A stretch of DNA of 64,000 nucleotides from assembly GCA_016873805.1 (NCBI GenBank), contig VGVZ01000014.1, positions 8,522-72,521 of the forward strand. Direction: 5' to 3'. The position numbers were made by a program, and so were the translations under genes. Source of the stretch: Ignavibacteria bacterium. Lineage in GTDB: Bacteria; Bacteroidota; Ignavibacteria; UBA10030. Positions 10,117 to 20,153 of this stretch are shown here, in pieces (within the stretch, counting starts at the first letter, position 1; each line of letters begins with the position of its first letter). Under the pieces are notes generated by a model. That model was not told where the DNA came from. It made no database searches and saw nothing but the letters and a program-made list of their open reading frames with translations.

Positions 10117-13100
10117 TTATTGTTTTGAGAATTTCAGAAACAGCGCTGGGATAACAATCATATTCAAGGCGGTCGAACTCAGGAGTCCTCCCAGGATCAC
10201 AATTGCCATCGGCGACTGAATTTCGTTTCCGGGTTCATGACCGGCAATTGCCAGAGGAATCAATGCGAGTCCCGCTGCGAGGGCGGTCATCAACACCGGA
10301 CTGAGCCTCTCCATTGATCCCTGGCGAATAGCCCCGACGAGCGACTTGCCTTCCGCAAGAAGCGTATTATAATGCGAAACCATCAGGATGCCGTTCCTCG
10401 TGGCGATTCCGAACAACGTGATGAATCCAACAAGCGATGCCACACTTATGACACCGCTCGAGAAGAATACGGCGCCAATTCCGCCAATTAACGCGAGAGG
10501 AAGATTCACCATAACGACCATGGCAGTTCGCATCGACTTGAATTCGATGTACAGCAGAAGGAAGATCGTGAAGATGGCAGCGATGCCCAGCAGGGATATG
10601 ACTCGCGTCGCCTCTTGCTCGCTCTCAAACTGGCCGCCGTATTCGATAAAATAGCCCTGAGGGAGCGTTACGTTCATCCCGATCCGCCGTTGGATGTCCC
10701 CGACTACACTCCTCAAATCACGATCCGAAACGTTTGACTGAACAACAATTTTCCGCTGGACATTCTCCCGGCTAATCGTATTGATCCCTTTTTCCGAAAC
10801 AATGGTCGCCAGTTCCTGGATGGGGACTTTGACGCCCAATGGGGTGTCGAACAGTGCCTGTCGGATCTTCTCTATGCTGCCGCGGTGATTCTCATTGAAT
10901 CGAACGAGAAGATCGAAACTTTGCTGCCCCTCGAGAACCTGTGAAACGACCTCGCCATTGAACGCCACATCGAGTGCCTCGGAAAAATCAGCCACGGTCA
11001 TTCCGTATCTTGCCATCTGAAGTCTGTTTGCTTTGATTCGGATTTGCGGAACGTTCATCTGTTGTTCAGTGGCCAAATCGACAATCCCTTCGACCTGTTC
11101 CATTTGCTTCCGAACTTCTTCGGCGATTGACCGCAAGCGGAACAAGTCGGGTCCAAAGATCTTGACTGCAATGTTGGCCCGGGTACCAGAAAGCATGTGA
11201 TCAATACGGTGTCCGAGGGGCTGGCCAATTGTGATATTGGTACCGGGCACAACGGAGAGCATCTTCCGGAGATCCGACAGCACCTGCTCCTTCGACATTC
11301 CGTTAAGCTCTAACCGGGCATCCAGCTCAGCAGAGTTGACGCCCTGGGCGTGCTCGTCCAGCTCGGCTCTCCCCGTGCGGCGGGCCGTAGAGACTATCGA
11401 TGGGTGACTCAGGAGAATCTTCTCGACGTGATTTCCGATCTTGTTGGATTCGTGGAGGGAGGTCCCTGGCATTGTAACAACGCTGATGGTTAGGGACCCT
11501 TCATTGAATTCGGGAAGGAAGGCACGGCCAAGAAACGGAACAATCGCGACGGCTGCAATCAGCGAGATTCCGGCGGATACAAGGACAAGTCCGGGTCTGC
11601 TGAAAACAATGTCGAGTGTCCGGGAGTAGACCGCCTTCAAACGCAAGACCAAGAAGCTGTCCTCTTTTCGCTCCAGGAATCCAGCACGGGGGAGCATGAA
11701 GGCGCACAATGCCGGTGTAACAGTCAGCGCGATGATAAGAGACGCGCCGATTGAAGCAATATAGGCGATGCCCAAAGGACGCAGCAAACGTCCTTCGACA
11801 CCGGTCAGGAAGAAAAGAGGCAGAAACACAGCAATGATAATCAACGTTGCATTGACAATCGAAGACCGGATCTCCCGCGATGCATCGTAAATGACATCAA
11901 AGGCGGGGCGTGGGTTCTGAGCATGCTTGTTTTCCTTCAACCGCCGGAACACGTTTTCCACATCAATAATGGCATCATCAACAATCGCACCGATGGCAAT
12001 TGCCATTCCCCCGAGTGTCATGGTATTGATAGTGATATCGAAAAGCTTCATCACAAACACGGCGAAGATGAGCGACAGCGGCATTGCTGTCAGCGAGATG
12101 AAGGTTGTTCGGGTGTTTGCGAGGAACAACACCAATACAACAATGACGAGTATGGCTCCATCCCTGAGGGCGGCGACAACGTTGTCTATGGCCACCTGAA
12201 TAAAGTCAGCCTGCCTGAAGATGTGCGAATTTATTGTCATTCCTTCCGGCAGGGTTTTCTGAATCTCATCGAGTGTCTGCTCTATTCGTCTTGTGAGTTC
12301 CAGGGTGTTGGCGCCCGGTTGCTTCTGAATGGAAATCACAACGGCAGGCTTGGCGTTAACCGAGGCATCCCCGATCTTTACTGCCGCATCTATCTCCACG
12401 TCCGCGATATCTCTGACAAGAATAGGAATACGGTTTCGGATGGCGACGACCGCGCCCCTGATATCGTCAGTTGAATACACACGGCCGAGGCCTCGTATGA
12501 GATACTCTTGCCCCTTTTCCATGAACACGCCGCCCGAGGAATTCTGATTCGATTCTTCAACGGCACGTAGAACTTCTTGAAGGGAGAGACGGTATGCACG
12601 GAGCCTGTCCGGGTCGACAAGAACCTGATATTGCTTCCGGCCTCCGCCGATGGGAATGACCTGAGAAACACCCGGAACCGCGAGAAGCCTCTTGCGAATC
12701 GTCCAATCTGCAATCGTGCGTACATCGAGCTCGCTGTGATGATCGCTGGAAAGGCTCACAAGCATGATTTCGCCCATGATGGATGAAATCGGTGCAAGCA
12801 CTGGTTGGGCAACGCCGCGCGGAAGCTGTGAGCTCACAAGTTGAAGTTTTTCGTTGACGATCTGGCGGGCGATGAAAATATCGGTTCCCCAATCGAACTC
12901 AACCCAGATAATGGAGATACCCATGGCTGACGATGAGCGCACACGTCGAACGCCAGTCGCCCCGTTGACCGCTGTTTCCACAGGGAACGTGACCATGGTT
13001 TCCACTTCCTCGGTCGCCATGCCATGGGCCTCTGTGAGGATAACCACGGTTGGCGCAGTAAGGTCGGGAAAAACATCAACCGGGATCTGGGTGACTGTCA

Positions 13101-13185
13101 ACGCTCCGATAATGGATAAAGCGCCGGCGCCAATCACGACGAGAAACTTGTTCTTAAGGGAAGCTTTGATAATTCTATCGAGCAT
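10117..13185 (-). CDS. czcA: Heavy-metal efflux RND transporter, CzcA/CusA family
   Basis: 1022 aa with 12-TM RND architecture. The N-terminus (MLDRIIKASLKNKFLVVIGAGALSIIG...) and overall layout match the HME-RND family. Confidence 0.85.
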   Translation of the reverse strand: MLDRIIKASLKNKFLVVIGAGALSIIGALTVTQIPVDVFPDLTAPTVVILTEAHGMATEEVETMVTFPVETAVNGATGVRRVRSSSAMGISIIWVEFDWGTDIFIARQIVNEKLQLVSSQLPRGVAQPVLAPISSIMGEIMLVSLSSDHHSELDVRTIADWTIRKRLLAVPGVSQVIPIGGGRKQYQVLVDPDRLRAYRLSLQEVLRAVEESNQNSSGGVFMEKGQEYLIRGLGRVYSTDDIRGAVVAIRNRIPILVRDIADVEIDAAVKIGDASVNAKPAVVISIQKQPGANTLELTRRIEQTLDEIQKTLPEGMTINSHIFRQADFIQVAIDNVVAALRDGAILVIVVLVLFLANTRTTFISLTAMPLSLIFAVFVMKLFDITINTMTLGGMAIAIGAIVDDAIIDVENVFRRLKENKHAQNPRPAFDVIYDASREIRSSIVNATLIIIAVFLPLFFLTGVEGRLLRPLGIAYIASIGASLIIALTVTPALCAFMLPRAGFLERKEDSFLVLRLKAVYSRTLDIVFSRPGLVLVSAGISLIAAVAIVPFLGRAFLPEFNEGSLTISVVTMPGTSLHESNKIGNHVEKILLSHPSIVSTARRTGRAELDEHAQGVNSAELDARLELNGMSKEQVLSDLRKMLSVVPGTNITIGQPLGHRIDHMLSGTRANIAVKIFGPDLFRLRSIAEEVRKQMEQVEGIVDLATEQQMNVPQIRIKANRLQMARYGMTVADFSEALDVAFNGEVVSQVLEGQQSFDLLVRFNENHRGSIEKIRQALFDTPLGVKVPIQELATIVSEKGINTISRENVQRKIVVQSNVSDRDLRSVVGDIQRRIGMNVTLPQGYFIEYGGQFESEQEATRVISLLGIAAIFTIFLLLYIEFKSMRTAMVVMVNLPLALIGGIGAVFFSSGVISVASLVGFITLFGIATRNGILMVSHYNTLLAEGKSLVGAIRQGSMERLSPVLMTALAAGLALIPLAIAGHEPGNEIQSPMAIVILGGLLSSTALNMIVIPALFLKFSKQ

Positions 13186-13195
13186 AGTTCAATTC

Positions 13196-14218
13196 CTAGT
13201 GCGAGTGTCGCTCAAGTCCGTCGTGCGTGTGTTCATGAATACGGTGATGCTCCTCGCCCGCCAAGTCTTCGGGATCAACATGAACGAGGACATCTCCAAG
13301 GTTTTCAAACTTGTGGAGTAGCTGATGGCGAACCTCGGTTGCGATTGCATGACCCTCGGTAACGGACAGATGTGAGTCCACGGCAACGTTAATTTCAACA
13401 CGCAGGCGGTGACCCAGCCATCGTGCCCTTGCTGCTCCAACAGATTTCACCCCTTTGATATGCTGCGTTGCATGGAGAATCTCGTCGAATAATCCCGTTT
13501 CGATTCCATCGAGCAAACGAGCAACAATGGACTTTCCAGATTCCCACACGATAAAGAGAATAGCAATGGTGATGCCGATCCCGACAAGAGGATCGGCAAG
13601 CGGAAAGCCGATCCAGACGCCAATTGCTCCGACGAGAACACTTAGACTCGTCCATCCGTCCACACGAGCGTGATAGCCATCGGCAACCAAAGCCGCACTT
13701 CCGATTTGTTTGCCAACCTTGATTCGAAACAAGGCAACGGCTTCGTTTCCGAGGAATCCGACCACAGAGGCCGCGATCACCGCCCACACATATGAGATCT
13801 CTGCTGGGTGAAAGAATCTGTCAACCGCTTCATAGCCCGCCACGAATGCACTAGCAAGGATTGTAAGGACAACGGCAACGTCTTCGACGCGGCCCCAGCC
13901 GTATGTGAACCTCTTGGTTGGCGTAAGCCGGGCAAACATGAAAGCCACCGCGAGCGGCACAGCGGTAAAAGCGTCACCGATGTTATGAATTGTGTCGGCA
14001 AGCAGGGCAACGCTGTTGGAGAGAACAACCACGGCAATTTGAAGAAACGCTGTCATCATCAGTCCGACGAAGGACCATTTTACGGCCCACACTCCACGCT
14101 TGGAAGTGGCCATCAAAGGATCAACGACGCCGTGCGTGTGAGCATGATGCCGGTGGTCCTGCGAATGGTCATTATTGCCTGCTGTACCCATGACAGATCC
14201 TTGATCTCTAATGCTCAT
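13196..14218 (-). CDS. Cation diffusion facilitator (CDF) family metal transporter, His-rich termini
   Basis: Six TM helices, a His-rich N-terminus (HSQDHRHHAHTHG) and C-terminus (EEHHRIHEHTHDGLERHSH), and CDF signature regions. Confidence 0.85.
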   Translation of the reverse strand: MSIRDQGSVMGTAGNNDHSQDHRHHAHTHGVVDPLMATSKRGVWAVKWSFVGLMMTAFLQIAVVVLSNSVALLADTIHNIGDAFTAVPLAVAFMFARLTPTKRFTYGWGRVEDVAVVLTILASAFVAGYEAVDRFFHPAEISYVWAVIAASVVGFLGNEAVALFRIKVGKQIGSAALVADGYHARVDGWTSLSVLVGAIGVWIGFPLADPLVGIGITIAILFIVWESGKSIVARLLDGIETGLFDEILHATQHIKGVKSVGAARARWLGHRLRVEINVAVDSHLSVTEGHAIATEVRHQLLHKFENLGDVLVHVDPEDLAGEEHHRIHEHTHDGLERHSH

Positions 14219-15794
14219 GCCCGTGTGCTGGAAGCTGCGAAGAAAGCGAAGCCAGCCGGACCTGGTACGCCCCGACCGTCACGACGCGCTCACCTTCTGC
14301 GAGTCCGCTCAGAATCCCCACATCCGTTCCGTTCCTCTCACCCAGGGTCACATCCCGTTTTACAAACGCTTCGCCTTCCACCTGTACATAGACGCTGTAG
14401 CGTCCCTCTTCTTCGACCAAGGCAGATTCAGAAACAACGAGCGCTCTTTTTTCGTCACCTACGGCAATGCTCACTTCACCAAACATGCCCACCCGCAGGC
14501 GCCCATCCGGGTTCCGGATTTCAAAGATAACGGGGAATGTTCGGGTCTCAGGATCTATGGCTGCGCCAACGGTGACGAGCTTGCCGTTTTCTTCGCTCAC
14601 CTCGAACTGTTCGATGCCCCCGGCGAATTGGATCCAGGCCTGCCTTGGACGGCTGAGTCTTCCAATTTCAGTTGATGCAACGTTTGCCCGCATCCAAAGC
14701 GAGCCTGTGTCAATGATGCGAAATAAGGGCTCACCGGCGTTCACCTGTTTCCCGGGCACGACATTCATCTCGACGATGGTTCCGGAGAGGGGAGTTCGGA
14801 GGGTGAATCCGCCAAACGATTGACTCTCATCATTTGAACCTGCAAACTTGCGCAGCGTTTGATAGGTCGCTTCGGCTCCTTTGAATTCAGCGTCTGCTTC
14901 CTGGTATTCTTTTTCCGAAATCAGGCCCGCAGCGTAGAGTTTCTTTGCGCGCTCGAATTCTTTGGCGGTAAGATCGCGGTCTGATTGCGCCTCGATGAAC
15001 CGTGAAGCGAAGTTTTCGACACCGCCGGGAGTTTCAGCTGAGGGGAGCATCAATGCGAGTGGATCGTCGCGGCGGACGTATTGTCCAATGGTCGGAAGGT
15101 TACGGTTCTCTTCCGACGGTATTGTGCCGGTAAATGGCGCCGGGACGATTGCCTCGTTGTTGAGCTTTGGAACGATCTCGCACGCAGCCCGGATCGTACC
15201 AGTCAAGCGCATCACTTCCGCCGCCTGTGTGCGGAAATCCGTGTTCCACTGCTGTTCTTTCAGGAATGTGATGACTTGTTCGCCCTGAGACGCTTCCTCA
15301 GATGGAATTTCCTCCAAAGCTGAAAATACCCGCAGTCCTTCAACGTACAGAGTGTCCGTCGAGCCACCGTCGATGATCATCATGAGTCGATAGATCCCCG
15401 GTTGACCAAACGTTACCGTGGGTCTGAAGATGCCGGGAGAGGTTGGCTCCTTTGCTGTCGCAGTGACTGTCGATCGGCCAGCCGACGTGAACAAAAGTGA
15501 TAGCGTCCCTTCCCTCACTGGCTTGAAATCGGACAACCAAGTCAAGTGAACTGCGAAGCGCTTCTCCTCACCAACGATAAGAGGGGGATACTCCATGAAG
15601 AGCTCCGATTTATCTGTCCAGAGTGTTATCGATCCGCCGCCCTGGGCACCCGAATTCCTCGCCTCATCCGTGCGGGTGCAACCAAGCAGAGCAAGAGCGG
15701 TGATGGTGCAAATAGCAAAATGCATTACTTTCATAGTGAAAGTCCTTCGTGAACCCAAAAGAGATTTGAGTCGGCTCAAAATGGAATGAATCAC
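14208..15794 (-). CDS. Efflux RND periplasmic adaptor (CzcB/HlyD-like) with ~150 aa N-terminal extra domain and His-rich C-terminal tail
   Basis: Lipoprotein-like signal (LLGCTR). Central coiled-coil plus beta-barrel adaptor region (TPLSGTIVEMNVVPGKQV). C-terminus ends in PAHGHEH. The N-terminal ~150 aa segment looks like an extra Ig/YtkA-like metal-binding domain. Confidence 0.7.
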   Translation of the reverse strand: MIHSILSRLKSLLGSRRTFTMKVMHFAICTITALALLGCTRTDEARNSGAQGGGSITLWTDKSELFMEYPPLIVGEEKRFAVHLTWLSDFKPVREGTLSLLFTSAGRSTVTATAKEPTSPGIFRPTVTFGQPGIYRLMMIIDGGSTDTLYVEGLRVFSALEEIPSEEASQGEQVITFLKEQQWNTDFRTQAAEVMRLTGTIRAACEIVPKLNNEAIVPAPFTGTIPSEENRNLPTIGQYVRRDDPLALMLPSAETPGGVENFASRFIEAQSDRDLTAKEFERAKKLYAAGLISEKEYQEADAEFKGAEATYQTLRKFAGSNDESQSFGGFTLRTPLSGTIVEMNVVPGKQVNAGEPLFRIIDTGSLWMRANVASTEIGRLSRPRQAWIQFAGGIEQFEVSEENGKLVTVGAAIDPETRTFPVIFEIRNPDGRLRVGMFGEVSIAVGDEKRALVVSESALVEEEGRYSVYVQVEGEAFVKRDVTLGERNGTDVGILSGLAEGERVVTVGAYQVRLASLSSQLPAHGHEH

Positions 15795-15834
15795 CCGCGT
15801 CAGCAGAGTGACCCGGCGAATTGAGGGATAATTC

Positions 15835-16284
15835 CTAAGAAACAGCGGGCGGAGAGCGACCTGAGTCCGGGTGGTCTGCCCGTGCGAGAAGCGGAGGCGG
15901 GAACTCCCAGGGTAATGCGAACAGGAATGAAATCGAGAGATTTGAAAACGCCGGTTTCGTCAAGTCGACGGGAACGGTGATGAAACCGTGAATCAAATGC
16001 CCCGCCCGCAACGTCGGAGCAGGAAGAGCGATGAGTCGAACAATAGGGACTGCGTGATCATGGACCCGATCGGCAAGCACTGCACGGGTGTGACTGAAAG
16101 CAACAACCTCATCCGGATGCACATGCGCTGTCCATGAATGCGAATGGAGATTTTCGCCTTCGTGTTTGTGATTCAGCGATTCATGAAAGTGCAAACCGTC
16201 CCCCAATATCAGTCCAATTGCATAAGAGAAAACGATGGCTGACAGAGGGACAAAATGCAACGATATTCGGCGTATTGGTGACAT
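15835..16284 (-). CDS. Hypothetical small His-rich protein (possible metal-binding accessory)
   Basis: The ORF alone. His-rich stretch HFHESLNHKHEGENLHSHSWTAHVHPDE and hydrophobic segments; no recognisable family. Confidence 0.35.
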   Translation of the reverse strand: MSPIRRISLHFVPLSAIVFSYAIGLILGDGLHFHESLNHKHEGENLHSHSWTAHVHPDEVVAFSHTRAVLADRVHDHAVPIVRLIALPAPTLRAGHLIHGFITVPVDLTKPAFSNLSISFLFALPWEFPPPLLARADHPDSGRSPPAVS

Positions 16285-16336
16285 TGTCGACGTTGTTCAA
16301 TGTAGAGAATTCCGCTTCTAACTGCACGACAAATTT

Positions 16337-16732
16337 TCATGGGGCCAACTTTTTCTGAATGAGAGCTTCGCCACTAAGACTGTGCGGATGTCCCTCGTCC
16401 AAAGCCTGACTGTTGAAAAAAGCGATCAGTTTCTTGCCAACTGCACGGGAACACATCCCGTGGTTCCTCTCCAACCTGCTCAACGTCCCCGGATCTATCC
16501 CGATCTGTCGGGCAAGCTCCTTCTGCGTCATTCCTTGATCCCGCCGGTATTTCAATAGCTTCTCTCCCAACGTCTTCGGCTCATTTGGGGCAAGATCATA
16601 ACCAAGGAATTCTCGGATTGCCGGTTGATATCTGAGTGTCGGCTTCGATCTGTTCCACTCCCAGTTGCGGATCGTGTCAACCTCGACTCCAAGACGGTCG
16701 GCAAGCTGGCTCTGGGTCATCTCAAGCTCCAT
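16337..16732 (-). CDS. XRE-family transcriptional regulator with two tandem HTH_XRE domains
   Basis: Two HTH motifs: MTQSQLADRLGVEVDTIRNWE and MTQKELARQIGIDPGTLSRLE. Start placed at MELEM (16732). The ORF-track start at 16885 extends into the comM-repeat antisense sequence and is probably not coding. Confidence 0.6.
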   Translation of the reverse strand: MELEMTQSQLADRLGVEVDTIRNWEWNRSKPTLRYQPAIREFLGYDLAPNEPKTLGEKLLKYRRDQGMTQKELARQIGIDPGTLSRLERNHGMCSRAVGKKLIAFFNSQALDEGHPHSLSGEALIQKKLAP

Positions 16733-16821
16733 TCTCCGCTTCCGAATGTGGTCCCCGATGGTGTTCAGAACAGTGGGCAGTTTCGTAAGTTTTTGGGCTG
16801 TTAAGCGGATTTGACAGAAAG

Positions 16822-17290
16822 GCCATGAACCCCTGTCCGTGCGGACATTACGGAAACCCCCAACAGTCGTGCAGCTGCACACCACTGCAGATCCAGAAAT
16901 ATGTCGGAAAGATCTCCGGACCCCTGCTCGACCGCATTGATATTCACGTCGAAGTACCGGCTGTCAAATATCAGGAGCTTTCTTCGCGGAGGGATGGAGA
17001 GCTCTCCGAACGCATACGCGATCGAGTTATCCGTGCCAGGGAGATCCAGCGTCAACGGTTTGCTTCTCCCGGATTGTATTCGAACGCCGACATGGAGACG
17101 CGTGAGATTAAGGAAGTGTGCGTGCTCGATCTGCCAGGAGCAGAGTTGTTGAAGCTTGCCATGCAGCGTTTCGGACTCTCTGCGCGCGCATATGACAGAA
17201 TTCTGAAGGTCGCGCGCACGATTGCCGATCTGGAGGGAGCCGAGAACATCCGGCCTGAACATCTCAGCGAAGCCATTCAGTATCGGAGCC
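16822..17290 (+). repeat. Direct repeat copy 2: duplicated 3' end of comM
   Basis: Near-identical to 9590-10055 (see copy 1). Confidence 0.9.
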
Positions 17291-17319
17291 TGGACCGAAG
17301 TTTCTACGGCATTGTCTGA
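16825..17319 (+). pseudogene. comM: Truncated comM 3' fragment (C-terminal 164 codons, no N-terminal ATPase domain)
   Basis: Translation ([16 protein letters not shown]...LDRSFYGIV) is identical to the ComM C-terminus apart from the last few residues. It lacks the Walker A/ATPase portion. Confidence 0.8.
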
Positions 17320-17416
17320 AGAACCGATCTCGTCTTCAACACCCGCTTTCTTGTAACTCCATCACGCATTGTGTATATTCATCACACCGCCACTCATTTT
17401 GTCCACGTGGTCTCGC

Positions 17417-18427
17417 ATGAAGATTGGCAGCATCAATATCGATCGCCCCGTTGTCCTTGCTCCTATGGAGGATGTGACAGACCGTTCGTTCCGATTGATC
17501 TGCAAGCGACTCGGGGCTGATATGTTGTACACAGAGTTTGTGAACGCCGAGGGGTTGGTTCGCCAGTCCGATAAAACCCGCCGCAAAATGCTTTTCGACG
17601 ATGACGAACGTCCTTTCGGGATTCAGCTCTATGGCGGAGTCGATACGTCGATGGAGGGAGCCGCTCGGATGGCCGAAGAGCTTCATCCTGACCTCATCGA
17701 TATCAATTGCGGTTGCTGGGTGAAGAATGTCGCGATGCGGGGCGCCGGTGCCGGCTTACTGAGAGATCTGCCGCGATTGGAACAGCTCGTCTCAACTGTC
17801 GTGAAAAGCGTTTCCCTACCCGTCACTGTGAAGACTCGGCTCGGATGGGATGCCGAAAGCATTAAGATCGTCGAGGTCGCAAAGATGCTTGAACAGACAG
17901 GCATCAGGGGACTGACGATTCATTGCCGCACGCGCGCACAAGGCCACAAGGGTGAACCCGATTTCAGCTGGATTCCCGAGATCAAGCGCCATGTCTCAAT
18001 TCCGATTATTGCCAACGGTAGCCTGGAGACACCCGAACAAATTCAAAGGGTGTTCAGTGAAACCGGCTGTGACGGTGTCATGATCGGTCGAGCCGCGATC
18101 GACAATCCCTGGATATTCGAGCAAACCAAGATGTACCGTGCAACGGGATCATATGCCCCGGTATCTGTCGATCAACGGATCGAACTAATGCTGACGCACT
18201 TGGGTCTCGCCGTTCAGCACAAAGGAGAGCGAAAAGGTATCATCGAGTTTCGCAAGCACTACAGCGGGTATCTCAAGGGGATACCCAATTCCGCAAGTCT
18301 CCGCTCCGAGTTGATGCAATATACGTTGCACACGCCAATCGTCGAAAAGATCCAGCGGTTCCACGAGCGGCTCGCATCTGATTGCTCTGCCCCTCCGATG
18401 GTCCGACCAGTGAATGAAAATGGATAA
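17417..18427 (+). CDS. dusB: tRNA-dihydrouridine synthase
   Basis: Dus-family TIM-barrel motifs (LAPMEDVTDRSFR, GIQLYGG, DINCGC, IANGSL). Start taken at the internal ATG 17417 (MKIGS). Confidence 0.85.
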   Translation: MKIGSINIDRPVVLAPMEDVTDRSFRLICKRLGADMLYTEFVNAEGLVRQSDKTRRKMLFDDDERPFGIQLYGGVDTSMEGAARMAEELHPDLIDINCGCWVKNVAMRGAGAGLLRDLPRLEQLVSTVVKSVSLPVTVKTRLGWDAESIKIVEVAKMLEQTGIRGLTIHCRTRAQGHKGEPDFSWIPEIKRHVSIPIIANGSLETPEQIQRVFSETGCDGVMIGRAAIDNPWIFEQTKMYRATGSYAPVSVDQRIELMLTHLGLAVQHKGERKGIIEFRKHYSGYLKGIPNSASLRSELMQYTLHTPIVEKIQRFHERLASDCSAPPMVRPVNENG

Positions 18428-20153
18428 GAAGCATGTCGCTCACATCCTTGAAGAGATCGGCACGTTGCTCGATCTCCGCGGCGAAAACAGCTTCAAGTGC
18501 CGCGCCTATCATAATGCCGCACGCACGATTGAATCGTTGGGCGAAGATCTCGAGCAGCTCGTCCGATCCGGTGAGCTGACAAATGTTAAGGGAATCGGAA
18601 AGGGAATTGGCGACAAGATTACCGAGCTCGTCACCACGGGCCGGATGGAGTACCATGAGGAGCTCAAACGCTCGCTCCCCCCTGGTCTTCCGGATATGCT
18701 CAGAATCCAGGGACTCGGACCGAAGAAGGTCAAAGTTCTTTTTGATCAGCTCGGTATCGAATCGATCGCCCAACTGAAGCAAGCAGCGGAGGAGCACCGT
18801 CTGCAAAACCTGGATGGCTTCGGCGCCAGGACGGAAGAGAACATACTTGTCGGGATCGATTCCCTCGAGAGGCATGCCGATCGTTTTCTGTATCCAGTGG
18901 CCTCTGAGGCCGCAAGGAGGATCGTCGAATCGCTCAAGCGACTTCCGGGTGTGACGGCGTGCGAAATCACCGGCAGTTTGCGTCGGAAGAAGGAGACAAT
19001 CGGTGATATCGATATTCTCGTGAGCGCTTCGGAAAAACAGCGAAAGCCGATCATGCAGGCATTTTCATCGCATGAAGAGGTTGTGCGGGTGATTGCTCAG
19101 GGTGAGACGAAATCGAGCGTCACGCTTCGAATCGGCATCAACTGTGATGTGCGGATAGTGTCGAAGGCGGAATTCCCTTTCGCCCTCAATTATTTTACGG
19201 GCAGTAAGGAACACAACGTCGAAATGCGCTCTCGCGCCCTTGCGAAGGGATGGTCATTGAACGAATACGGCTTCTCGCCGGCAAAAGGGGGGAAGGGCAA
19301 ACGACGCATCCCGGAGTGCACAACCGAGAACGATCTCTATCGGGCACTTGGTCTTGAGTTCGTCCCGCCCGAATTACGGGAGGAGATGGGGGAGTTTGAG
19401 GCAGCCGAACAAGGGATGCTCCCCGAACTTGTCGAGCTCAAAGATCTTCGGGGAACGTTTCATTGCCACACGAACTTCAGCGACGGGGCAAATTCGCTCG
19501 CTGAGATGGTGGCTGCAGCTCAAGCCCTCGGCTGGAGCTACCTCGGTATTGCAGATCACAGCCACTCGGCCGCGTATGCCGGGGGACTTTCGCCCGCAAG
19601 AGTAAGAGCGCAATTCAAAGAGATCGAAAGCGTCCAAAAGCGGCTCAAGGGTTTTCGAATCTACAGAGGCTCAGAGGTTGATATTCTGAGTGATGGGTCG
19701 CTCGACTTCAACGACAAAATCTTGGCTTCTTTCGACTATGTCGTGGCCTCTATCCATAGCAAATTCAAGATGAACGAAGCTGAGGCAACCAAGCGCATCA
19801 TCAAGGCGTTGAAAAACAAGTTCGTGACGATGCTCGGCCATCCGACGGGAAGACTGCTCCTTAGTCGGGACCCATACCCGGTGAACATGACAGAAGTGCT
19901 TCAGGCGGCAGCAGACTACGGTAGGGCGATTGAGATCAATGCCCATCCGATGCGGTTGGATCTCGATTGGCGATTGGTTCGCCAGGCGAAAGCGAAGAAG
20001 ATCCCAATTTTCATCAATCCAGATGCGCACAACACAGAAGGATTGAGGGATGTCGAATACGGCGTGAATGTCGCGCGGAAGGGATGGTTGAGCGCTAAGG
20101 ACGTCGCAAATACGTGGAGTCAACGACAAATCGACAGATTCTTTCAGAAGTAG
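18414..20153 (+). CDS. polX: DNA polymerase X family protein with C-terminal PHP phosphoesterase domain
   Basis: HhH motifs (GIGKGIGDKI, IQGLGPKKV), a Pol beta-like nucleotidyltransferase region (GSLRRKKETIGDIDILV), and a PHP domain (HCHTNFSDG...DHSHS). Confidence 0.85.
   Translation: MKMDKKHVAHILEEIGTLLDLRGENSFKCRAYHNAARTIESLGEDLEQLVRSGELTNVKGIGKGIGDKITELVTTGRMEYHEELKRSLPPGLPDMLRIQGLGPKKVKVLFDQLGIESIAQLKQAAEEHRLQNLDGFGARTEENILVGIDSLERHADRFLYPVASEAARRIVESLKRLPGVTACEITGSLRRKKETIGDIDILVSASEKQRKPIMQAFSSHEEVVRVIAQGETKSSVTLRIGINCDVRIVSKAEFPFALNYFTGSKEHNVEMRSRALAKGWSLNEYGFSPAKGGKGKRRIPECTTENDLYRALGLEFVPPELREEMGEFEAAEQGMLPELVELKDLRGTFHCHTNFSDGANSLAEMVAAAQALGWSYLGIADHSHSAAYAGGLSPARVRAQFKEIESVQKRLKGFRIYRGSEVDILSDGSLDFNDKILASFDYVVASIHSKFKMNEAEATKRIIKALKNKFVTMLGHPTGRLLLSRDPYPVNMTEVLQAAADYGRAIEINAHPMRLDLDWRLVRQAKAKKIPIFINPDAHNTEGLRDVEYGVNVARKGWLSAKDVANTWSQRQIDRFFQK

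Larger units (their letters stand above)
10085..16821. mobile_element. Putative heavy-metal efflux genomic island flanked by comM 3'-end direct repeats (no integrase seen inside)
   Basis: The segment between the two comM 3' repeats carries czcA-like, CDF and czcB-like genes, a His-rich ORF and an XRE regulator, all on the minus strand. The integration or recombination mechanism is inferred, not shown. Confidence 0.5.

Noticed and set aside
16733-16885. N-terminal extension of the XRE regulator ORF into the comM repeat
   Set aside because: The extension is antisense comM-derived sequence with no HTH or other domain. An internal start at MELEM (16732) is more plausible.
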